In this document: positions 51,639-64,000 of the stretch, piece by piece
How positions within the stretch are numbered: the stretch's first letter is position 1
How the letters are laid out: the number at the start of each line of letters is the position of its first letter
NCBI GenBank assembly: GCA_964016885.1
Contig: OZ024744.1
Coordinates: forward strand, 72,044,001 to 72,108,000
Direction of reading: 5' to 3'
DNA length: 64,000 nt
Origin: Eledone cirrhosa
Taxonomy: Eukaryota
Notes under the pieces: generated by a model
The model's input: the letters and a program-made list of their open reading frames with translations, nothing else
Told to the model about the DNA's origin: nothing
Database searches by the model: none
Program-made: the position numbers and the translations under genes

Positions 51639-54600
51639 AGGTGAGTTTTATTGTAGCACAATTGTGAGAAGGCTTAGATGGATCGTTTTTCTCCACGACC
51701 ACCACTTAAAAGGAAATTTCTATACTAAGGAACGTAACAATATTGATCATTTATTAACTCTAGAAGAAATCCTCCTTTCAACAAAAATCTAGCGCAGTTT
51801 GAGGAAGAATTAACTAATATTATAAGAGGCCTTAAATTCAAGAGAAACCCTTATAGAGGACAGGAGCACCTTATAAATCTCAGGAATAAGATTTCGGACC
51901 TTAATTCCTCTAAAAAGTCTTAGTCCATTCCGACAAAATTAATAATTTATATGGCATATCTAAAGATAAGTATTATAACCTTATCCTTAAGGAACTAAGG
52001 AAGAATTATCGTAAAACTAACCATGACAATTTGGAATTTATAAACTTGGAAGCTTCTGAGATTATGTCTAAACTTGGCATCGAGAAAAAGACCGAACCAT
52101 TCTTCCCAAGAACTCCGAGGATAAATCTCAAGGATCATAAAAGTAACTTTCGAACGGAACTGCCTGTTAGACTAATTGCCCCCTCTAAATTAGATCTGGG
52201 GGTTGTTAGTAAATCCATCTTGGATAGCATTAGCCCACAGGTTCGTTCTAATTGCTCTATTTCTAACTTAAATTTATGGATTGGTACATCTGATGTAATT
52301 AACTGGTTCAATGACCTGAATAATAAAAACAAACAAAAATGTATTCAGTTTGACATTGACAGTTACTATTCTTCTATTTCGCCTTCACTCCTCAACAACG
52401 CTCTATCTTTCGCATTTAAATATTCTGACATTACCACAGATGAACTTTACATCATTCTCACCGCAAGAAAAACTATCCTGGAATTCAACAACGAATATTG
52501 GACTAGAGCTGATACTTCCAACAATTTTGATATCACAATGGGTTCGTCGGATTCAGCGCAATTGACGGACTTGAATAGTATCTTTATTTTGAATTCTTTA
52601 AATCGGAAAATTCCTCAACTTCGCGGTGGAATTTATCGTGACGATGCCCCGTTTACTGTCTTAAACTGTAACTTAGTTAACCTTAATATTATTAAGAATA
52701 ATATAGTTGATCTATTTAAGCACCATAACATAAAAATTGAATTTGAAAACAACGTCAAACTAGCTAACTTCCTGGATATATCCCTTAATCTTGATACCGG
52801 CCTATATTACCCTTACCATAAAAACAATGAGAATCTAAATTATGTTAATTTTAAATCTAACCACCCCACTAACGTTAGAAAATGCTATAGTTAGTAATGT
52901 TGAAAAAAGAATCTCAAATATATCCTCTAATAAAGTTATCTTCGACGCTAATGCCAATTATTATAATAATGCGCTTTCCAAAGCCGGTTATCCTGATAAA
53001 ATTAAATACAGTAAATAAACCAATTATCAAAGGACTTATAGTAAAATAGTTAGCTATGAACATTCCAATAACTTAAATAAAAGACCTAGATACAAAAATA
53101 TGATTTGGTACAACGCCCCTTTTTCTCTATCTATTACTAGTAATATTCCTAAACTATTTTTTAGGGCCTTAGATAAATGCTTCCCTCCCTCGCATATCTA
53201 TAGTAAGATCTTTAATAAACATACAATCAAATTCTCTTATTTCACCACTTCCAACATCTACCATTATCTCTAAACGTTAAATAATAAATTATATCCATCC
53301 AACACTGAGCGTCATAATAATAGCAATAGTAAACCCGACGTCAATGTTAACTCTAGGCTAGATTCAGTAAATTTAAATACGACAACGTAACTTTGTCGAA
53401 TGTTCATAACACCAATCTAAATCAGAAAACTATAATACCTATCGTAAATAACTTCTCCAATCCAATTCCTTCTATAAATAATACAAGGTCACTTGTTAAC
53501 TCTGGTAATTTCTCTAATCGTAATTGTAATTGCCCTGTTAGAACTAAATGTCCTCTTAATAACCAATGTCTTGATAAAAGTTTAGTGTATGAATGTAAGG
53601 TTATAACTGGTACTAATTCTTTTACCTATTTTGGTTCCACTTCCACTTCCTTTAAAGCAAGATTTTATAATCACAATTCGTCTTTTAAATACCAACTTAA
53701 AAGAACTAACACGGCACTCTCAGAACTCATATAGTCCTTAAAAGACAAAAATATTAACTACATCTCTTGGGGGAAGATTTGCAACGCCTCTCCTTACCGA
53801 AATTCTTCCCTATCCAGAACATGTAATCTCTGCCTAGCCAAGAAATTTACCATTATCTCTAATTTTAATTCTTTAATAAATAGACGTACGGATTTATTTT
53901 CGCTCTGCTTGCATAAATCCCATATAACTTTCCATAAAGTATACAGCTAATATCTCAATAACTAATTAGTTTAAAATCTTCTTTTCTCAAACGCTTTTAT
54001 ATCTTTTACAAATATACCCATCTTTCTACCTTATTTCAGTATATTATATTATACAATTTACTCATTCTATGTCGTTAGCGGTCCCCTAATTTTCTTCATT
54101 TTTATCCTTTTTACTTTCTTCCTTTTTTCTTTTTTAATTTCTAATCTTTAATCTGTAACTTTTACTTCTCAATTACTTCTTAATTCATATTATTACTCAC
54201 TATAGCATTTTCCTTATATTCTTGGCCATACAAACTATATATTTAATATATATTAATATTACCATTAGTAAATTTTGTAAACATATATATTTTTTTTGAC
54301 GTTATATTTTTTCTTCCTTAAATTTTCTACTGTCTTCTCTCCTTCCGTGCTCGTATTAAACCTATTTTTTACTTTTTCATATTACAATACATAAAAACAA
54401 ACTTAAACCCTAACTAATTCATCTAAGTTCATAATTTAATCTCTTCTTCATTCACCTTATATCCTTAATATTTTAATTTTAATAATACATATTAATAAAT
54501 TCCTTTTCGTACATACTATTAAACCCTTCAATATATAAACCTTAAATAAATACTATTCTTAATTCCTTTTCCTTTAATCATAAACATCACCATTCATAAA

Positions 54601-55028
54601 CCTCATTAACTTTTAATTTCAAATTTTTTTTTAAATTATGTATTATCTTACAACGGTTTTTTTTAATTTTCTCTGTGAGACAGTGTTTCTCAGTATTAAA
54701 GGCTATCTCTCTCTCTCTCACTCATTTCTCCTTCTCTCTCATCCCTCCTTCTTATACTCCTCCCCCGTCATCCTTTATTTTCTTTCTTCCTCTTCCGTAC
54801 CTTTTCCTCCCCTCCTCCTTTTTTCCCCAATCTCATATATCCATCTTACTTTATTTTTCATATGTTGATTTAACACTTCTCTGCACTGCTTGCAAATGTT
54901 TTTAAGCTTCATATCATGTCTCCCTATTTTATCTGATGAAAACGCAAATATCATCCCATGATGATATTTGTTTTTGAAATGCGCATAATAAAATACATGG
55001 AACTCTTTTAACCATCTATTGATATATT
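51636..55028 (+). mobile_element. Naiad-like PLE, nearly complete decayed ORF plus 3' pLTR
   Basis: VRRLRW.., LKDHK, QFDIDSYYSSI, MGSSDSAQ, GGIYRDD, IWYNAPF, CNCPVRTKCPLNNQC, YFGST; starts with a 27-nt inverted-arm remnant. Confidence 0.9.
54925..54995 (+). ncRNA. Hammerhead ribozyme motif (family I)
   Basis: UAUUUUAU-CUGAUGA-AAAC-GCAAAUAUCAUC/GAUGAUAUUUGU-UUUU-GAA-AUGCGCAU-A-AUAAAAUA. Confidence 0.85.
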
Positions 55029-55044
55029 ATATATATATATATTA

Positions 55045-55860
<816 letters not shown>

Positions 55861-55864
55861 CTCT

Positions 55865-55981
<117 letters not shown>

Positions 55982-56273
55982 CATTCCAACTTTGTATTTT
56001 GAAAATTCGGATGCTACAGTATCTTTCTTGATTGCCTATTATTACATAGTGTAGCAATAATGGACTGAAATGCTGATGAAACAATTGTTAATACGAGGAT
56101 AAAATTCTTTTGTAGCTGTTTACCTTCGTCCTATTTCTCTCTTCTTTGATTACACTCCTCGTTTGTTCGTGTTTCCACTACAGAATCCCTACCAACCTGT
56201 TGAGTCACCTTAACGTATGTTGAGAACTTTCCTCACAACTTGTTCTACCAAGCTTTGGAATACTCCTAATTAC

Positions 56274-56364
<91 letters not shown>

Positions 56365-56628
56365 TATATATGTATATGCATGTATCAACCATGAGTACAG
56401 AAGAGAAATTCCAGAGTAACGATACTCACAATTAGCCTCTTAAGGGAAATATTAATCTCTACTACAGTATTGAGGACTCATTCGTGCAACCGTCAATATT
56501 ATGCGCGTGTATATATATATATACATATATGTTAAGAGATGTCGACATGAATGGATCTGTTATTTTTATCTAAAGACATTTTTTCCAATTCCGCCCGTCC
56601 CTTCAATCTATCTTATTTCTCATTCTTT

Positions 56629-56663
56629 TTTCTGATGAAGTACTAGTGTCCGAAACGTTAAGA
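56629..56663 (+). ncRNA. Minimal hammerhead motif (family J) in a dispersed repeat of about 220 bp (56535-56750)
   Basis: UUU-CUGAUGA-AG(G/U)AC-UAGU-GUCC-GAAACGUUA-AGA; stem II is intact in the 34.67-kb copy. Confidence 0.6.
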
Positions 56664-56748
56664 CCCTCCTCCTGCTATTTCAAGCATTAACCTAATATAT
56701 TCCTTCCATATACTGTACCGATTGTGTTGTTATTTCTGTTTACCGTTT

Positions 56749-56807
<59 letters not shown>

Positions 56808-57051
56808 CGTGTATGTGTGCATATATGGATGTGTGCATGTGTGTATGTGTGTGTAATGTTATAATAGAAACACGAAAGGGAAGGAATCGTTTTAGAATAG
56901 ACCCTAATCTACTCATTGAACGGAACAATGCCGAAGCATGCTGATGGAATAAGGAATGCGTGAAAAGAATTCTGACTATTATGATGACAAGTCTTAAATA
57001 TAGAGATTATTATATCCATGAACACAATCTAAATTAACAAGACATCTCTCT

Positions 57052-57129
<78 letters not shown>

Positions 57130-57134
57130 CTGTC

Positions 57135-60100
57135 TATATATCAAACTATCTATATATCTACAAATATCTAAATACAAAAACAAAAACATCAACAGAAAAC
57201 TGGCACACACCCAACACTGACATAAACATACCGCCACAAACGACAACCACACCAACAACACAACCAGACACTTCACCAACAAAACAAACACCCACACCAC
57301 CACAATCACAAACCCGCAGCCACAAAATGAAAACTAGAAACAGAAACAGTACACATAAAAAACAAAACACACTACACATACATAAAAACAACAAACAAAG
57401 AACTGGTGGAAACTGCCCGAAAGGACCCCGCAATCCAAACGGAAGGGAAAACCTTCCCCACCAACGAGCCACCCTCAAACCTTAAACTAATCAGGGTAAC
57501 AACCCTTCAATACGAAACATTAAAGGGGTACTTCCCACACGATGTCCCACTCCCCCCTCGCCAAAAGCCCCTTAACCGTGTCCTGCTAAAAGGATTCCCT
57601 CCCTCCCCAAACGCCCCAATCTGGACATGGAGATCGAATAACCCGACCTCCAAGAAACATGGCGACTATATTCAAACATTCAAACATCCAACTTGTATAG
57701 TCGCCATGTTGGTGAAGAAGAGTTAGGGAGAGAAAAGGCAGGAACACTTACCTATTTCTCTCCCTAACTCTTCTTCACCAACATGGCGACTATACAAGTT
57801 GGATGTTTGAATGTACGTGGACTGGGCATGCCCTGGAAGCAGGGCCAGTTTTTAAATGATCTCAGGTCACACTGTATAGATGTGATAGCCATCACCGAGT
57901 CCAGGATTCAAGACAAGCAGCAGCTAACCCCCCATGTTCGATTATTTTGAGATCTACGCATCTCTCTGTCAGCCAGGAGGTGGAGGGGAAGTTGCTGTTC
58001 TGTTTCGAAAAAACCTCGATCTCGAATTACATACGATTCACTTGGACCCGGAGGGCAGCCTGGTGGTCCTGGACGTGAATGGTAGAGAAGGTGGAGCTTT
58101 CAGACTGGTGGCCGTATATGCCCCGACTGGGACATCGCTACCAGAGTTCTTCAAGCATCTGGAGCCATTCCTGGGAACGTCTCGCTCCTTAGTATTAGCG
58201 GGGAACTGGAATGGCATCTTAGACGCACATTGGGACTATGTAAGAGCTTGTGGTAATAGAGGGGGTGTAATAGCCTAAAAAATCTCATCAGCCAATTCTA
58301 ACTGGCTGATAGATATCGACTAGACTTCCCAAGTGCCCCACTGTGGACGTGGAGCAACCGTACTGGGTCTTCTAGATCGTATTTAGATAGATTTCTAATT
58401 AGACAGAATGATAAGGAAACATTAAGCTGTCCACAAATGCACATGGTTGCCTATTCAGACCACAAATTAGTCACCTGCATAGTAAACCTTGATAGAACAC
58501 ATAGACAGGGACCCGGATACTGGAAGCTAAAGATGTCACTCCCAGCGCGTAAGGCCTACAGTAAATGGATTAGCACCTTAGTTAAGAGCCAGTTGACGAG
58601 GGCCATCGATAGCATTTAGCAAGGAAGTAGCTTTAGAAAAAAACAAAACTGAAAAGGAACTGGTAGCTAAAGTAGAAGAGGCACTTAGGAATGGTGGAGC
58701 TCTGATCAATTTAGATCAGTCTAAGGCATTTGATAGGTTCGACCATCAATACTTGGAAGCGGTTCTCAAGGTGGCCGGCTTCAGTCCCGTCTTCAGAGGC
58801 TGGATCGCTGTCATGCACACCAGCATCTGCTTGGCAGTCAAGGTGAATGGCTACCTATCGGAGCCATTCCAAATCATGTATTCCATCCGTCAGGGATGCC
58901 CTCTCTCCTCTATTCTGTATGTACTGACTCTCGAGCCAGGACTGCGGAAAGCAGCATCGGCCTATGCCGACGACGTAACCATAATGGTGTCGAAAACCTC
59001 AGAAATAAGGGTAATCGGCAACCTATTACAGGAATAAGAAACGTTGACAGAAGCAAGACTAAACCCAAACGAGTCTGTCGGTTAGCAACTCGGCACATTG
59101 AGAGGCAAACCCATGCCTTCCGAGAGTGTCGTTGGACACTGGATGGAAGGAACGGTGAAATTGCTCGGGGTCTGGTTTGGTCCAGACCTCCAGGTGGTCA
59201 AGAACTGGAACGAGGTCACGGTGTAGGAGTTTGCACTCACCCAGAAGTCGGCTGAGTGCAAACTTTACATAGCGTCCGTCATCTACTACCGCTTGACAGT
59301 CGTGCCTTGTCCCCGCGAACACCTCACCAAAATGGAACGCCTAGTCTTCAAGTTCCTCTGGAAGAAACAGGCTCCATTGGTGAGGAGATCCATCTGCTAT
59401 CAACACCCTTCTAGCGGAGGACTGGGCATGCCGTGGCTGATGATGCGCAAACACGCGCTGAGGCTACGCCCTCTCCAGGTATTCCTGACCGGCGAACCGG
59501 TGTGGCTGTCGTTTGTGAGACGAGCTCTTCCACAACTTGTCTCACTAACAGAGCTGCAGAACTGGATCAAGCGAAGACCAAAAATGGGTGCCTGGCACCT
59601 CGAGTGCTTTCAGGCGCTCACAGTCCTCTACCAAGCGGAAACGGCAATCAGCCGAGACACCACTTCGACATTCTATAGGGATTAGTCGAGGATAAGAGTG
59701 ACGACTTTCTCGGGGCAACTCTAGGCATCGATGAAGACGAACTGACCAGTCTGTTCGGGAGGACTTTCCGTCCAGGGCCTATGGATAATTTCCAGAGCTC
59801 TCTGGCCTGGCAGTGCTACCGAGGAACTCTACCAATTCGAGACAAAATCTACAGGCACGGACGCCCTGGCAGAGATCCTGCCAAAAGGATCTGTCGAAGA
59901 TGTGAGCAGGACATCGAAAGCGTTCTGCACGCAATTGTTCATTGCCCAGGGGGGACCAACCTGTGGAATTATATCGAACAGCTGCTGTCACGTGTGGGAC
60001 ACATCCAGTTGTCAGTCAAGTCCATCGTATCACCCCGCTGCCTTCATTTCTGGTGGCTATGGCGAAAGAGGTAATATGGTGGACGAGGTTAAAAGGACTG

Positions 60101-60510
60101 CGGGCAAACACCTTTCTCTCCGGACAACAACTTATCCCCTTCTTTAAGTATCACTTCAGAAGGAAGGTGAGAGTGGAGAGAGAGGTGCTACACCCCAGTA
60201 AATTCGCTGAAAGATGGGTGAATGTGGCGAAAATGGCCCGAGTGAATGGGCCTTCTCTGTATATGAACCTATAGGTTGAGGAAGATAAACAGAGGGAAGA
60301 CAGGAACGTTCCTGGTGTTGAGGGTTGTTCTATCCACGGGATGTAAAACAACCTTGCAGTAACGTCCCCCCCCCCTATTGGGGATTTCGATTGTTTTATT
60401 TTTTATATAGTTTATTGTTATTCATTATTGTTAAAGATGTTATGTAAAACCCCCGCAGTCACGTCTTTTAATGTCCCATTTTTGTACGCCCCTGTGCTAA
60501 ATAAGGAGGA
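57135..60510 (+). mobile_element. Tx1/L1-clade LINE, decayed and internally deleted
   Basis: ORF2 start 57783 MATIQVGCLNVRGLG; APE motifs; LDQSKAFDR, RQGCPLS, YADDV; C-terminal CRRC..ESVLHAIVHC; AATAAA followed by (TATC)n. Confidence 0.9.
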
Positions 60511-61297
<787 letters not shown>

Positions 61298-61414
61298 TAG
61301 ATTAAAGGAAAGAATCGCAGCTTTCACCCTTAACGGGATCTTCTGAAACATTATATCTATATTATCCTTATCGAGCCCTCTTCGGATTTTAGTCTTCCCA
61401 TTTATTATTATTAC

Positions 61415-61600
61415 TTGGCAGTATCGGTAGAGGGTCGGACGCCATGCTTTCCAGCATAGTTACGTCCTTTTACGATCTGAGTTCAAATCCCGCCGAGGTT
61501 AATTTTGCCTTTCATTCTTACGGGGTCGATAAAATAAAGTACCTGTAATGTACTGGTTAATTGCGGGCCTTGTGCCAAACATAGACACAATTATTACTAT
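61415..61600 (+). mobile_element. Nin/Deu-like tRNA-SINE
   Basis: Same family as 42052. Confidence 0.8.
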
Positions 61601-61632
61601 ATATATATATATATATACATACATATATATAT

Positions 61633-61903
61633 AATAGCTTCCACCGTATTTTTGACTAAAGGGATTTTAGCCTGATAATGGGGTTTAGAACCCTCAGATA
61701 AATGGAAAAAGATGAGTATTGACGTACGTCAATACTCAACTTTATTATCCTTATCGTATGTCAATACTCATCTTTTTCCATTTATCTGAGGGTTCTAAAC
61801 CCCATTATCAGACTAAAATCCCTTTAGTCAAAAATACGGTGAAAGCTATTCTATTTTCTAATTTCAAACCTGCTCACTGTTTCAAAACATACTTACTCGA
61901 CAA
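61633..61903. repeat. (TA)n-flanked asymmetric palindrome
   Basis: 61633-61727 is inverted to 61755-61850; the right arm extends about 55 nt; small fold-back at the junction. Confidence 0.85.
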
Positions 61904-61915
61904 TATATATATAGA

Positions 61916-63082
<1,167 letters not shown>

Positions 63083-63499
63083 CAGTTGTACATCTACGTA
63101 TGCCAATATCAATACTTCTGCATCTGAAAATGAACTTATTCATCTGCATATACGAATATACACACGTTTAATTACGAAACTGTGTACAGTATACGTACAT
63201 TAGCATATCGGCATATTTATATTTAATCGATACAGAAATTAATTTGGATCTTTATTTTATCCCTTAGTTATAGTCGATGAGCAGTAGCTTTGAACATTTT
63301 ACTTCCCCCACAAACTGCTGACAAGTTAGTTTGTGTTAAATTTACACATCAGCTGGTTAGTAAGGAATCTCCGCTTTTATTTATAATGAATATGTGAAAA
63401 GAAACTAGGGGTTGACGTCCGAAGAAAATGTGTAATGATTGTGTCACTTTGGGGATTGTCTATATAGCACTAAAGTGATGCCTACGTACGACAGAATGA

Positions 63500-63720
63500 A
63501 GTAGATTAAGCTAGTCTATCATCACTATGGGAGTGTATATTTAGATGTGACAGCAACTATGTCGATAATTTACAGAGAATTGTGGGACAGAGAATGTATC
63601 TTCTGCGTATTCTGCAATCAAATATATTCCTACCCAATATATAAGAGAGAGTACAAGACTCAAGCCATCAGACAATGCTTACATTGGTTTCATTTATACC
63701 AAAATATTAATGAATTCATC
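63500..63720 (+). pseudogene. Very degenerate CR1/L2-like RT C-terminal fragment
   Basis: MGVYI...SNYVDNLQRIVGQRMYLLRIL resembles the 'LGV.ID..L.W..H......QRLY.LR.L' pattern. Confidence 0.35.
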
Positions 63721-64000
63721 CAACTCATTGGATAAAGTCACCTCTGGTCACCCCTGTTTAATTTCAGTTATCGTGTGAACCTCGCCTATGGTTTATACAT
63801 AATTAAAAATACAATAACTTAGTTTAAGATTAGCTAATAGCATAGAGAGAGTGTTATCTTTTCATCATTCTATTTTTTCTGTCTGCATCTTCCTTTTCAT
63901 TTCCGCCTCCAACATATTTGCCAGTGGCTCTATGGGGATCTTGAATTCATATGTTCGTGAGGGTATTTTTTTCCACATTGTGCGTGGGAGGTGGGGATAT

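Overview
AT-rich, microsatellite-saturated eukaryotic (metazoan) DNA with no recognisable host gene. The SINE families and (TA)n/(CA)n density suggest a cephalopod such as octopus, but that is inference. The window is almost entirely transposon-derived: two Tx1/L1-clade LINEs beside (TATC)n, three R4/Dong-type LINE pieces in (CATA)n, an inverted RTE pair, one decayed autonomous and several non-autonomous Helitrons, tRNA-derived SINEs, and at least five Penelope-like elements (PLEs; Naiad-like and Neptune-like) in (TA)n. The main unannotated signal is RNA-level. I found by eye about 25 type-I hammerhead ribozyme (HHR) motifs in about 11 sequence families. They include a near-perfect 5.5-copy tandem array of a non-coding 467-bp HHR unit (retrozyme-like) and a 593-bp tandem unit. 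Two unrelated families carry a compensated U3-A8 core (UUGANAA instead of CUGANGA). Most long palindromes in the window share one architecture: a (TA)n-flanked inverted pair whose two arms end at two different family-specific positions about 60-130 nt apart. All structures were folded by eye and need computational and biochemical confirmation.
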